Positions 48,277 through 61,439 are shown, numbered from the whole stretch's first letter. The stretch: DNA of 63,470 nucleotides, filler included, from Globobulimina sp. (GCA_003354225.1; 54 parts of 54 records of this genome joined end to end with filler, not necessarily neighbours in it); one strand, 5' to 3'. The notes: generated by a model not told the origin, from the sequence alone. Translations and numbers: made by a program.

Positions 48277-49274
48277 TTGATTTCGATGGATTCCAATAGC
48301 GGGATACCACGGATATTTAAGATACTATCCAAATCCCCATTGGTTTCATTTTTATTATAGATGATATCATTATAATGTTCTTTTGTGTTGGTTTGACGTA
48401 GGACTGCTGCATTCGAGTAATGTTTCCGGTGGTAATAATGGTTCAATCCAACGTGCTCGGTCAGTATTTGGATCATTATAGCCGCCTCATTTCTGGTTAA
48501 CAATTCGAACAATTTATTTAATTTGTTATTCCACATTGGATTATTTACATACAACAGACAGGTTTTATTCTTACGCTGCTTCCATTTAATCAATTTATCA
48601 TCCCCGATTAATTTATACATTAAGGCTAATGCCATTGGATATTCAGTCTCATGGGCCAGGGATTGGTCTAATTCCAGATCCATTACAGCATCATGGACGA
48701 GTTTGTCAATTTGAATATTACCGAAGAAGTCTTCGTGGGCCTTTATTTTAAAGTACGTTAATCGCTTATTGGGCCATTTGTTCTGCAACGTTGCCATGCC
48801 ACGAAATATTTGATCGATTATTATTTTGGTATCTTGGTATTTCGGGTAGGCAGAGAATTTGAGATATTTCAGTGCCGTTAAATTGTCCACGAAAATTGCA
48901 AAATGATTATAATGATTCCGATCCAGATTGATTGTTAATAAATGTTCAATTATTAATACCAACCCTTTTAGTTCGCGTTTGGCCGAATTCGTTAGATATG
49001 TAATGGTTTTAACTTCATGGTTTATTTTCGGTGGTCGAATATATGGAGAATACCATCCGAATGCGCCAACCCCGGGGTTCGGATGGCAGGAGCCATCAGT
49101 ATAAAATTGAAACATTTCAGTGAAATTCATTGGGTCTGATTCGGCTGTGACTACAGTATAATTCGTGGGCATTTTTGGTATGTTATATGTTGGCAGTGCT
49201 GTAATTGGTTTGCATCGCGGATTATTCGGTAATTTGTATTTAGAACGTGCCAAAAATTTATCAAAAGTCAACAT
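48277..49274 (-). mobile_element. RNase H domain of a non-LTR retrotransposon
   Basis: FYTDGSCHPNPG.G, EL, FVDN, KIKAH...GNIQIDKL, then IQILTEHVGLN. Confidence 0.85.
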
Positions 49275-49459
49275 TGCTCGATATAATGGGGAGATGTATA
49301 GGTAATATTTGGTCCGTTTAATGAATTTATTATTATTTACTTTGGTAATATGGNNNNNNNNNNNNNNNNNNNNNNNNNNNNNNNNNNNNNNNNNNNNTTA
49401 ATTAATTAANNNNNNNNNNNNNNNNNNNNNNNNNNNNNNNNNNNNNNNNNNNNGAAAGT

Positions 49460-50359
49460 TTGTCACTTGAATCTGTTACAATTGATGATGATGAAAATAT
49501 TAATAATGATCCAATGTTATCACAGTTGAAACAGTTAAATCGGATAAAACACTTTAAAACAGATACTATAACTATACGACAATTGTTTAATTTTGTTAAA
49601 TGGATTTTAAATGGCAATAAAAAGAAAAAAGTGCTTACATTATCATGCGATTCAAATGTTAAATTATTTGCGTTTATTGGTGCAAATACATTACAAAATT
49701 TAAAAGAAATTAAATTGCGTTTTTATGGTTCAAACGAGCCCGGCTCGGTGTTGAGTGATATTGGAAATGCAATGAAAATTATGAACAAAACATATGGAAC
49801 AAAATTGGAGAATATAGGCGTTAATGTTTTTAAAATTGGATTTGATCCAAAGATGTCACAATGGAAAGATACCTTTAATAAAATGGGAATTATTTCATCA
49901 TTGTGTAATTTTACAAGTTTATCAGCGGATTTCCGTGGGCAAACCGTTGATATGAATGAATTTGTATCATTGTTAATTAACGCAAAACAGAAACTGTTTT
50001 CAAAATTTAAAATATATATACAATTTTTTACTGATTCTGATATCCGACCAAATGCAAATGACACAGATAATGATTTACAAATAAAAAGTAAAAAAATTGC
50101 AACCCAATTAATAAAAAAATTGCAACCCAAAAAAAATGCAAAGTTGAAACCATTTTTAAGGATTACAGCACAAATAATGAAACAAATTGGAATTTCACAG
50201 ATTGAAACTTCAATAATTGGACTTATCTGCCGTGGTTTATGTGGAAAACAATATATATCAGACATTCAGCAAACAATTAAACAAAACTGTGATGATGCCT
50301 GTATAGTGGAGAGATATGGCCTTTCCATGCGTCTAACATGGCAGTCGTGTCTGCAGTGA
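49460..50359 (+). CDS. Hypothetical protein C-terminus (LRR-like)
   Basis: 299-aa open frame; LQNLKEIKL, KLENIGV. Confidence 0.5.
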   Translation: MSLESVTIDDDENINNDPMLSQLKQLNRIKHFKTDTITIRQLFNFVKWILNGNKKKKVLTLSCDSNVKLFAFIGANTLQNLKEIKLRFYGSNEPGSVLSDIGNAMKIMNKTYGTKLENIGVNVFKIGFDPKMSQWKDTFNKMGIISSLCNFTSLSADFRGQTVDMNEFVSLLINAKQKLFSKFKIYIQFFTDSDIRPNANDTDNDLQIKSKKIATQLIKKLQPKKNAKLKPFLRITAQIMKQIGISQIETSIIGLICRGLCGKQYISDIQQTIKQNCDDACIVERYGLSMRLTWQSCLQ

Positions 50360-50631
50360 CTGATATATTACATTTAAAATGATTTATTCAATTATACTTT
50401 TTATACAGAAATGGTTTGCTATAGCTTTGTGTTGGGTTTGTTGTGGTTATAATTTTTTCCATTTACAGCTAGATGATCTCTAGGCATAGCCAGATCACTT
50501 CACACCATCATACCTATCACTATTGAGCCGNNNNNNNNNNNNNNNNNNNNNNNNNNNNNNNNNNNNNNNNNNNNTTAATTAATTAANNNNNNNNNNNNNN
50601 NNNNNNNNNNNNNNNNNNNNNNNNNNNNNNA

Positions 50632-51707
50632 ATAGCCTCAGTAGAAACAACAAAAGAAAAGAAGCAAGAATGGGAAGAGAAGTTTTATAATCTATTAGAA
50701 GATTTCAAGGGTGTGACTGGTGGTAGAATTTTAGCTAATGCTGGTACAGATTTTGAAGGTACAACATTAATTAACTGTTTTGTATTTGATAATGACATTT
50801 ATGATATTGATTCTATAGATGGAATCTTAGAAATTTTAAAAGGACAGGCTAAAACATTAAAGAGTGAAGGTGGATGGGGAATTAATGCGTCATTTATCAG
50901 ACCTAGAGGATCACATATTCACGGTATAGGTGTCGAAAGTCCTGGTGCTATCAAATTCATGGAAATTTTCGATAAAGCATCCGATGTAATCACATCAGGA
51001 TCTGGTAAGAAATCGTCTAACCCTAATGCTAAGAAGAAGATACGAAAGGGTGCTATGATGATGGTAATGGACGCACATCACCCTGATATCATTGAATTTA
51101 TCACAGCAAAACAAAGTCAAGGAAGATTAACTAAATTTAATATGTCAGTTAATTGTTCTAATGAGTTTATGGATAAAGTTATCTATGCTTTAGATAACCC
51201 AGACGAAGAAATGATGTGGGATTTAATATTCCCAGATACCACATTTTATAAGTATAAAGACGAATGGCGCGGAGATATTAGAGATTGGAAATCTCATGGG
51301 TATCCTACCATTACACATAATACAATTCCTATTTTGAAACTATGGGAAATGATCATGCAATCTACTTATAATAGAGCAGAACCTGGAGTATTGTTTTTAG
51401 ATAGAGCAAATGAGACACATTGCTGGAACTATGGTGGTGTAAGTGCTTATATATCAACAGTTAATCCATGCGGCGAACAAACTTTACCAAATGCAGGTTC
51501 ATGTGATTTAGGGTCTATGAATTTAACACAATATTATAATGGTGATATATTTGAATTTAATAGGTTCGAATCTGATGTAAAAGTCATGGTCAGATTACTC
51601 GATAATGTAAATTCTTGTACTTCATTACCATTGCCTGTATATGAGGAAACTGTAGAAAACATTAGACGAATTGGTTTAGGTGTTATGGGTTGGGGATCTT
51701 TATTGTA
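50632..51707 (+). CDS. nrdJ: Adenosylcobalamin-dependent (class II) ribonucleotide reductase fragment, bacterial or phage
   Basis: GGRILANAG..NCFV, RKGAMM, HPDIIEFITAK, FNMSV, AEPGVLFLD, NPCGEQ..GSCDLGSMNL, RRIGLGVMG. Confidence 0.88.
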
Positions 51708-52477
51708 NNNNNNNNNNNNNNNNNNNNNNNNNNNNNNNNNNNNNNNNNNNNTTAATTAATTAANNNNNNNNNNNNNNNNNNNNNNNNNNNNNNNNNNNNN
51801 NNNNNNNGAAACCTGAAACCTCTGCGATAAATGCAGTTGTTTCAATGACTGAATGACGAATTAACCTCTCCGCTGGGCATAATAATTGGTAGATCTCTCA
51901 TTATATCCATTGTAGAATTTAAACTGGTTAACAAACAGATTCAGTTCGCAAATCTAGGAAAAACATAATAATTGAAGCGATCTGATATTAATGCAAATAA
52001 TTAATTATAATTTGGAATGAATTAAGCAGTGTTATGTGACTGGACCAATATTTGAGGTTACAATCATTCTGTTTGCCACTGCTTTATAATGAACATTTTT
52101 GTGGTAATTAACCGATATTATCAGTGGAATTACAATGATTGTTTGTTGAGTTATTTTTCTCCCATAATTCTGACCAATTTGAACAACCATCATATCACTC
52201 AACATTATAATCAATGTTCGTTGTTTTACGCTGATGGTATTAGTGCATAATTATACCAATTCCTTCTCATTATAGTCAGCCGCATTAGTTATGTATAATA
52301 CTTTAATTCTAATGGGGTGTTACATGGAGGAAATATTAAACAGGAATCCAGAGAGTTGATTGGGTTTTTATTCATAACTTTGATCATAGAATGGAATTCC
52401 ACATGGTTTTTCTTTTTTTATTTTCGATACATTATATAAGCTGAAAAACTTCCGCCGTAAAACAATAGGTACTTCAA

Positions 52478-52884
52478 ATGATTGCAAGTAAAGAGCACAA
52501 AGACAATGAGCAAGACGCAGCTCCATTGGTATATAAAAGAGCACATAGTGTAATGTTAACGACCACTAACGATGAGCATAAAACCTTATGGTTTGAGGAT
52601 TATTACGAATTGCAAGAATTAATCGGCGAGCCCGGAACATTTGGAATGGCATATAAATGTTTTAAAAAAACTGATAAAAATAAAAAGATTTTTGCAGTGA
52701 AAAAAATTACCAAAACAAAATATTATTTAAATAAAGATACATTCTCAATATTAGAAAATATGAAAAACGAAATAAAAATATTAAATATATTATGTAAAAA
52801 CAAATATATCTGTGAATTATACGATGTTTATGAAGATAGAAATTATTTATATTTATTATTAGATTATTTATCTGGCGGCGAGTT
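52478..52884 (+). CDS. CAMK/CDPK-type protein kinase N-lobe
   Basis: IGEPGTFGMAY, FAVKKI, NEI.IL, LYDVYED..YLYLLLDYLSGGE. Confidence 0.9.
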
Positions 52885-53386
52885 NNNNNNNNNNNNNNNN
52901 NNNNNNNNNNNNNNNNNNNNNNNNNNNNTTAATTAATTAANNNNNNNNNNNNNNNNNNNNNNNNNNNNNNNNNNNNNNNNNNNNATTTTGTGATCAATGT
53001 GTTTGTAAATTAATAAAATATTATCATTTTTGTTTTCAAGTTGCGAATGTTTTATTGTATATCCTTGCACATCGAACCAACAACAAATATCATTGTGTTT
53101 TTGATGTCAGACTATCGAGAAACACTCTATTTTCAAATTGAACATTTGGCAACATCCAGAGACCAATTCAGTTGATGAAATAATAAATTGATCATAGGGA
53201 TGTGTCCAATTTGTTTGGATAACAACCAAATATATTTACAAATGGCTATACAAGGGGGAGGTGTTATCTTTTGGAATATATCGTTCAACGATGCGTTTTG
53301 ATACATAACCTCTCCCCCTGATTAAATAGGCCTTACTATACATATCGATCAATATAAAGTTTGCAATTAACAAACACAACATATAA

Positions 53387-54022
53387 TCATTTATAACTAT
53401 TAACACAAAACACTAATTGTTGCTTTTTAAAATATTGAATAGCTAAATCTTTCAATTCAACCCTTTTTATTTTGCCATTGGATGTTTTTGGAATATCATC
53501 GACAACAAATATTTTAAATGGACATTCGCCGAGCTCTCTTGACAAATGCTGTTCACATAAAACTAATAGCTCTTCAATTAATTTGTCATCGCCAGCATCA
53601 AAAGATTCCCTATCAATTGTAACAAATGCAATCGGTTCATCCAATCCCGGCAAGTCATCATCAATATAAATATCGCCATATCCAATACCAATCACAACTG
53701 CACCATTTATCGCATTATGTTTCAACAATACATTTTCTACAGTTTGTGGATAACAGTTACTCCCATCCGTTATAAATATATCTTTATTCCTTGCATTGAT
53801 TATAAATGATTCATTCCTGTCATCACAAAATGTCACTTGCACTCCAATTAAATACCATCGCTTTTCCATATCATTCTCGTCAAAACTGATCACTTCCTTT
53901 GTCTTTTCCATATTGTTGTGATATTCCTGCATCAACGTAGGTGTTGATGCTTGTAATTCATTATCTTCTGCATTATTTACTTTTAGTTCAATGCCGGCGC
54001 CTTGAATCTTATGCAAACACAT
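53387..54022 (-). CDS. AMP-dependent ligase (acyl-CoA synthetase-like) C-terminus, divergent
   Basis: ARNKDIFI..G.NCYP..VENVL, AVVIG, DIPKTSNGKIKR. Confidence 0.8.
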   Translation of the reverse strand: MCLHKIQGAGIELKVNNAEDNELQASTPTLMQEYHNNMEKTKEVISFDENDMEKRWYLIGVQVTFCDDRNESFIINARNKDIFITDGSNCYPQTVENVLLKHNAINGAVVIGIGYGDIYIDDDLPGLDEPIAFVTIDRESFDAGDDKLIEELLVLCEQHLSRELGECPFKIFVVDDIPKTSNGKIKRVELKDLAIQYFKKQQLVFCVNSYK

Positions 54023-54319
54023 TGTTTTATAATATAAGTCCTTGTCATTATAACAATTTATNNNNNNNNNNNNNNNNNNNNNNNNNNNNNNNNNNNNNNN
54101 NNNNNTTAATTAATTAANNNNNNNNNNNNNNNNNNNNNNNNNNNNNNNNNNNNNNNNNNNNCATGCAATTTTTGTATTTTTTTTCCTGGCAATCCTCCTG
54201 GTGTCTCCTACATTCGTAAATAATATCATCGAAGCGCATTCCGAGATCTATCGCTGGGTCTCCATATTACCCCTGACTATTTTCACCATCGCCGCGATAA
54301 TCAGAGGCCAGATGAAAGG

Positions 54320-54978
54320 CTGGGCGGCGACAATGTCGATTATTGGGGGAATAACACAGGAAATTCGTGGCGAACCACTGGCGATATCAGCGATAATTGG
54401 AACTCTATGCTTTCGTGTTGGGATCACAACGGACCATCGGCGTCGGCATCACCTGGCGGCTGGAAGTTAAATTATATTTATTTATATTTATTTTATATTT
54501 CTATTAATATGCGTATAGTGATCCGGATATGTTGGAAGTGGGAAATGGCGGCATGTCAACGACCGAATATATCACTCATTTCAGTCTGTGGTGTATTGGT
54601 AAGGCGCCCCTTTTAATTGGTTGCGATATCACGAGAATGTCAGCCGACACTCGGATGATTTTAATGAATGAAGAAGCCATTGCTATAAATCAGGACAAAT
54701 TGGGCGTCCAAGGCACTCTCAAAACCAATACAAATAATGGTAATTATCAGGTTTACTCCACGCCGTTAAGCAACAATGCGGTGGCGGTTTTATTTTTAAA
54801 TCGGGCTCTTTCCGCTGGCTCCATCAGTGTAACGTGGCGAGAATTGGGTTTGCAATCGACGCAAACTTATGTCATCAGAGACTTATGGAAGAAACAAAAT
54901 GTTGCTACCACATCGAATGATTATTCCACCACTGTCGCAAGTCATGGCGTTGCTTTTTTTAAATTTACACCTACCTAA
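54320..54978 (+). CDS. GH27 alpha-galactosidase C-terminal part, intron 54466-54518
   Basis: [55 protein letters not shown]. Confidence 0.93.
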
Positions 54979-55338
54979 AGTCACCATGCACTTTTTTTGT
55001 TTAATTTGTATATGTTATTTTAATATTAATTATATACATAATCCATAAAAACATGAGCTCTGAAATATGTTTTTTATTGAATGAAGTATACATTATCCTT
55101 GCACAGAGATGTAAAAAGATAACATTAGACTACTGCCATTTAAGTTCGGAGGTTAAACATTTGAAAAAACTTTTCTGTTTACTACCGAAGGGCTTTAGCT
55201 GCAAGCGTTCTAAAAAGTGATTCTTGTCCCTTTGGAACNNNNNNNNNNNNNNNNNNNNNNNNNNNNNNNNNNNNNNNNNNNNTTAATTAATTAANNNNNN
55301 NNNNNNNNNNNNNNNNNNNNNNNNNNNNNNNNNNNNNN

Positions 55339-55574
55339 TTCTTATTATTTGCATTATTCATACTGGTATTAAATTGTTGAATTCGCGTTAAAATTACAAT
55401 TGATTTTGTAGTATCGCCATGACATTCATTCATCAGTATATTTTGAATTGTGTTCCTTTCAATTGTTGGAAACATCATAGTGAGTTTATCAACGTGAGTC
55501 GCCATCATTATATTTTCAGATGGCGCTGCCATGGGTTTTGAACGCTTTTCCCAAGGGTTACAGGGTCTTGACAC
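55339..55574 (-). CDS. CUE-like ubiquitin-binding domain fragment
   Basis: VDKLTMMFPTIERNTIQNIL..HGD..SI..L. Confidence 0.55.
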
Positions 55575-55705
55575 CCACTAGGTTTTGGAAAATATTGGGT
55601 TTATGGACGTTGCCATTTGGACAATCATGGTTGGGGATAGAAATTGATATAAAGGGAATGTTCTTTTTATAAATTGATTACAACAAAGCAATAAAACAAA
55701 TGAAA

Positions 55706-56269
55706 TCACCACACAAAAGGTAATATTCTGTATTTAACCTTTTCCATATATTCACGATACTGTTCTTTCGTTTTGTTATTGTTCAATAAACCTTGTTCAT
55801 CTTTTAATAGAGCCCAAATATCAATTACAGTGTATAACAGATACACCGTATATGCAACTCTCATGTTAAAAAACAGCATGTTACCAACATAAATCACGAT
55901 TAATCCGCAAAATCCCGGATGTCTGATGTATTGGTATAAATCTTGATCAATTATTTGATGATCTTTTTGTCCGCGTGACCCTAACTGCAACGTAAAAAAT
56001 TTGCCTAACGTTTTTTTACCACTTTCTCGAATACAATGTCCCAACATACAAACTAATAATCCAATTAAATGATGTGTTGCTAATTGCATGTCAGAGTTCT
56101 GATCATGAATTCGAATAAAATACTGAGCATAAACCCAAACCAACCAGTCTGGAACACAACAAAATATTGCGAAAATAAAATTATCTGTGCCTGGCCCCAT
56201 AATAATACTGTACCAATGATAGAAATGAAACAATAGTCTCACCAATACACAAACTGCTAAAGAAAACAT
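55706..56269 (-). CDS. Isoprenylcysteine carboxyl methyltransferase (ICMT/PEMT)-like protein
   Basis: TLGKFFT, HQII..LYQYIRHPG, EQYREYMEKVKYRILPFVW. Confidence 0.85.
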   Translation of the reverse strand: MFSLAVCVLVRLLFHFYHWYSIIMGPGTDNFIFAIFCCVPDWLVWVYAQYFIRIHDQNSDMQLATHHLIGLLVCMLGHCIRESGKKTLGKFFTLQLGSRGQKDHQIIDQDLYQYIRHPGFCGLIVIYVGNMLFFNMRVAYTVYLLYTVIDIWALLKDEQGLLNNNKTKEQYREYMEKVKYRILPFVW

Positions 56270-56586
56270 TTGATTATTAATTAAGACTTAAGAGTCAGGT
56301 TTCCATTTCATGTTTTGGTTTCATGAAACCAAACGGCAAAAACTTTAGGTTTTATATTTCTTGAAATAATTACAAATGTTGTCAAAACGGCGCAGACTTC
56401 TTGAAAATATGTCGNNNNNNNNNNNNNNNNNNNNNNNNNNNNNNNNNNNNNNNNNNNNTTAATTAATTAANNNNNNNNNNNNNNNNNNNNNNNNNNNNNN
56501 NNNNNNNNNNNNNNATTTTGCCCACAACATACAACCAAATTAACACAAAGCCAACGCAATATCTTACCGGCAGTATTATATATTAT

Positions 56587-57561
56587 TTATTGTGGTAATG
56601 GAATATCCATTGAATCAATATCTTGAATAAATGTGAGTGGCGAATTACTATTAATCACCATCGGATAACTACGTTGTCGGACAATCATTTGTGGTTCGAA
56701 TCCGATCTGAATTTGAGGCGGCATATTATTTATATATGGATATGGTGGATATGGATAATGTGGATAGGCGTTCATTGTATCAATATTCCGAATCTGTTGT
56801 AATATGGAATCTCTCTCCATTCTCAACCTATGATTTTCGTCTTGCAATTGTTGAAAAAATATTGATTCATCCATCGTGCCACTATTATGACGATGTATAG
56901 CGTTATCGAATGAGCTTTGATTATTAATATTTGGTACACTTTCATTCCGTACTACTGCTACATCATTCATATGCGAATTGTGAATATTATTTATAGTATT
57001 TCTTCTTCTCTGTCTTCTCTCATTTATTATATCACTCTCCATCTCATTCCGCACTCCATACTCACCGCTCACTGGTTGGAACACTCTCAGATTGTTTCCA
57101 TTTGCATCCACAGCTACCTCTACATTTGAATGTGCTTTGTAGGGTTTATAGGTATCATCATTGCAATTATTATTATCACCATCAGCATCCATTAAATCAT
57201 GAGGGTATACATCCGGGGATGGCTGCTTTAAATCATCATCATCATCGAATATATTTTCCACAGACGCACCACATAATACATATACTTTCTTTTTCTGTTC
57301 ACGATATAATGTATTGCAGCAATTCAGTAATTTTGCATGAAATTGTTGCGACTTTACTGTAGCTAAATATTTATATTTATATTCGTATGTAAATATATTT
57401 ATGTATGCACTGTATATAAACAGGAAATAACTTTTTCCATCTTCTGCCTTTCGGAGTTTCTTTGCGTTTTTTATGAAACTGGTAACCTTTAACCTGGGAT
57501 ATAACCGTTCCAATTCAATATGTATTCCTTGACTCTTCACCAATGTCTTATGGCGAATCAA
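56587..57561 (-). CDS. Hypothetical protein fragment
   Basis: Long open frame, probable in-frame intron near 57363-57431. Confidence 0.45.
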   Translation of the reverse strand: MIRHKTLVKSQGIHIELERLYPRLKVTSFIKNAKKLRKAEDGKSYFLFIYSAYINIFTYEYKYKYLATVKSQQFHAKLLNCCNTLYREQKKKVYVLCGASVENIFDDDDDLKQPSPDVYPHDLMDADGDNNNCNDDTYKPYKAHSNVEVAVDANGNNLRVFQPVSGEYGVRNEMESDIINERRQRRRNTINNIHNSHMNDVAVVRNESVPNINNQSSFDNAIHRHNSGTMDESIFFQQLQDENHRLRMERDSILQQIRNIDTMNAYPHYPYPPYPYINNMPPQIQIGFEPQMIVRQRSYPMVINSNSPLTFIQDIDSMDIPLPQ

Positions 57562-57691
57562 TGGCTTTGCTTTGGTTCTGTGGAATTTTANNNNNNNNNN
57601 NNNNNNNNNNNNNNNNNNNNNNNNNNNNNNNNNNTTAATTAATTAANNNNNNNNNNNNNNNNNNNNNNNNNNNNNNNNNNNNNNNNNNNNA

Positions 57692-58766
57692 GGAAAAATA
57701 ATATTTTGGCGGCCACAAATCAAAAAACGAAAAATATCCACTCTAAAATGGTTCAAGAATAGCAAAAAAACCGCACGCAAACCCAGCTCAAAACCCCATA
57801 AAGCACCAAACACCGAAACCAATGCCAAATCTCATAATTATAATCCCATCGCCAAAGCCTATAAAGCACCAAACATCACAAGCAATGACAATGATACATT
57901 TGAAATCGTTAAAATATCCAAACCAGCAAACTTCAACTCGTACAAAGCCAAAGCCGGCACCTCTCCCATCGCTCCACCCTTAAAAATAAAATTGGCCACT
58001 CCATCAAAACAAAAACACAGCGAATACAATTTAAAATCATTAATATTGCAAAACACTGAGTCACCAAACGCAGCAACCACCGAACACGAATATGAATGCC
58101 AAAGCAACATAAATATAAGCACCCGAAGTGCCATTCTGTCCACCTCTCCCTGGCACAAATTAGGCGACATCAACCCCCATTTACTGAATCACATTAAATC
58201 CTTTATGCAGTTATCGCAGCCCACCATGATCCAAACCAAATGCATTCCGCACTTACTCGCCCATAACGACGTATTAATTAAATCCGAAACCGGTTCTGGC
58301 AAAACCTTGGCATATTTGATCCCGATCATCTCCGAGTTGACCACACAAAGAATTGTCCGCGGCGATGGCTGCCAGGCAATGATAATCGCGCCGACTCGGG
58401 AGCTGACACTGCAAATCCACACAGTCAGCAATGTACTGTGCAGATATACTCCGTTTGTGGTGATTGGCCATTTGATGGGCGGCGAGGACAAAAAAAAGGA
58501 GAAAGCCAAGATCCGCAAAGGGCTGACAGTGGTCATTGGCACTCCCGGCCGCATACTGGACCACTTTGAGAATACTCGAGCGTTCAAATTCGATTTGCTG
58601 AAATGGTTCGTGTTGGACGAAGCCGATATTTTATTGATTTTAGGCTTTGCAAAATTCATCAAAAGCATTGTGCGCATCATTGAGCAGAACAGCAACGTGC
58701 CGCAGCGATGCAACGTTTTGGTCTCTGCCACGTTGGACGACAAAATCCAGAAATTGGCTGACTTTG
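57692..58766 (+). CDS. DBP7: DEAD-box RNA helicase DBP7/DDX31 fragment
   Basis: SETGSGKT, APTREL, MGGEDKKKEKAKIRKG, TPGRILDH, DEAD, SAT. Confidence 0.9.
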
Positions 58767-59570
58767 NNNNNNNNNNNNNNNNNNNNNNNNNNNNNNNNNN
58801 NNNNNNNNNNTTAATTAATTAANNNNNNNNNNNNNNNNNNNNNNNNNNNNNNNNNNNNNNNNNNNNATAATTATAGTATACAACAATTGAATTATTGTTT
58901 TGCCATGAACATGTTTGATGAATTGACACTTCTTTGTTATAAATATCATATGATATCGTAATTGAGACAAAGTTTCATTTATCATCGAAGATGTATTTAG
59001 CCACCAAACGTAGGATGTTGTTCCAACATGAAAATATTCAGCACCGTTTGCATAAATAAATGATTTATTTGTTGAATAATCAACATTTACTGGACCGAAG
59101 TTATATTTTCTTGTTGGTATTGATACATTGAAGGAACCAGCCACATTGTTCATGCTTTGTATACTGCCATTCTCCAATTGTATTTGGCATAAATCGAACT
59201 TTATACTGACTATCACCATCATAAAATCCATAAACTTCAAAAAATGTATTGTTATCTTCATTTAAACTGAAAATTGCTGATAAATAATTGTCCGTAAAGG
59301 GATTTCCGTTGCTTGGACCTGATAATGTTAATTCAAAACGTCCCCTTGTTCAATGCTGGAACATAATGCAATACATTCAAATAGAAATAATACATAAAAA
59401 GACATGGTGGAAAATGTTTTTGAGGCTTCTTATTGTCGCTGTAATCACTATTGTCGCTGTCGCTGGATCTTCAAAACCATTGTGATGCCATTAGAGAAAC
59501 TCTTTTTTTTTTGACGTGGAAAATAGTCTTCTCTCTCACAACATTTGCTCAAGAAATTGGGCTTAAACTT

Positions 59571-59942
59571 ATGGCAAATAACATCAAAGAAGGGTATCTC
59601 CAGAAAGAAACTCATGCATATGGCGATTATCACCCATTTGAACAACGATGGGTTGTATTAGATGGAAATTCTTTAGTTTGTCATAAAACATATCAAAAAA
59701 ATGATATTACGCATATAATCGATCTAAATATGATCACAGATGTTATTATACGAAATGGTAAGAGTCGTCAATTTGAATTAATTCGTAAAGGTTCCATTGA
59801 GAATATCACATTTATCGCTGATCGTAAATCACAAATGAATGACTGGGTGCATGCAATTAAAGTTGCAGCAAAATTAGAAAAACATGTCAACATTCAACAA
59901 AACAACCAAAACATATTAAAAACACATCACTCCAAAGCACGA
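59571..59942 (+). CDS. PH-domain protein N-terminus
   Basis: KEGYLQK...RWVVL...IDL...WVHAI. Confidence 0.85.
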
Positions 59943-60046
59943 NNNNNNNNNNNNNNNNNNNNNNNNNNNNNNNNNNNNNNNNNNNNTTAATTAATTAANN
60001 NNNNNNNNNNNNNNNNNNNNNNNNNNNNNNNNNNNNNNNNNNACCC

Positions 60047-60814
60047 TTGAACAGAGAAATCGATACCGATAAAAAATGGAAACTCGGAAAAAAACATTTG
60101 AACGAAACAGATGAAACGGATATATACATTAAAGAAGAAAAAGAAGCAAAATACTTGGGAATAACCCTTAGTAACAATAACAAAGATATCACGAACCAAC
60201 ACAAATCTAAGTTAGGGGAACAAACAAAAAAAGAAGCATACAGGTGTTTCAAACCAGCTCTGGCCACTGCTAGATCCATACTGTATGGAGCGAAAATATG
60301 GAAAACATACGTAATACCAAAAATTTTACATGGAATAGCATCCATAATATGGACTAAAGACACTTTTACAAAAATTGAAATCCAAGAAAGAGAATTTATA
60401 CGTACTATCACCCGATTACCAAAATTCACAAATAATATGGTTTTATATGGAGAAACTGGAATAATTCCAATGTCCATGGAAGCTGAAAAACGAACTATAA
60501 ACTATTTAGCCCATATACTGAAACTAAATGATAATAATATTGTAAAAATTGCTTTACTTGAACAAATACAAATTTATAACAATAACTCGAACCCAAAAAT
60601 ATGGCTGACTCATGCCATAAAATGCTGTAATAAATACAATATAGACCCATATGATATACCAAAATCAGATAAAGTAAAAGAAATTATAAATCACCATTGG
60701 AACCAAAAATATAATAACATTCTTGAAAATGCAGGAACTCTGGTGCATTATCGAGAAAAAACAAATCCAAAAATTAATTATAAATTGAATCTTCAAACTG
60801 GAGGTGACTTCTAG
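60047..60814 (+). mobile_element. Non-LTR retrotransposon reverse transcriptase C-terminal/thumb region
   Basis: KYLGI, IWKTYVIPKILHG..IW, LYGETG. Confidence 0.85.
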
Positions 60815-60851
60815 CTAAAAGTAAATTTCATAATTTCATTTCATAAGTAAA

Positions 60852-60995
60852 GGCCAATTTCGTATCTTTCAACATAATAGTTACTCTATTGGCGTGAATG
60901 GCGCATAATTGAGTGTCTTCGAATAAGGACACCAAATAAGCTTCGCTAGCTTCTTGTAAGGCCAACAGAGAACTGGATTGAAATCGGATATTGGT
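60852..60995 (-). pseudogene. H3: Histone H3 C-terminal fold fragment lacking N-terminus and normal C-terminus
   Basis: [39 protein letters not shown]. Confidence 0.85.
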
Positions 60996-61439
60996 GCAAC
61001 AAATTCCGTCCATGGTGCAACAAATTCCGTCCATGTATCGCTGTATATAGCATATTATTTGTTGCCAATGAAGCCTTGAGTGATGGGAGCCAATGGCTTT
61101 GAATTGAAAAATCTCTCGNNNNNNNNNNNNNNNNNNNNNNNNNNNNNNNNNNNNNNNNNNNNTTAATTAATTAANNNNNNNNNNNNNNNNNNNNNNNNNN
61201 NNNNNNNNNNNNNNNNNNTTATTGTACTGTACGTTTAATTATACAATGCCGACTCAAAATTATACAATTGTGAGCGACCTATGTTAAATTATACAAATAA
61301 CACATTATTAAAAGTAACAACAAAAAACATTATTTATGTATATATATATATATGAAAAATATATGCAACAACAAAAAATGTTACAATAACTTTCTGGAGA
61401 AAGTTTCGGATTTATAATATTTTAAGTTTCGATCTTGAA

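Noticed and set aside
51808-52400. Possible coding region with many in-frame TAA (ciliate-type code)
   Set aside because: No frame gives a recognisable protein even with TAA read through, and TGA also interrupts; probably a decayed pseudogene.
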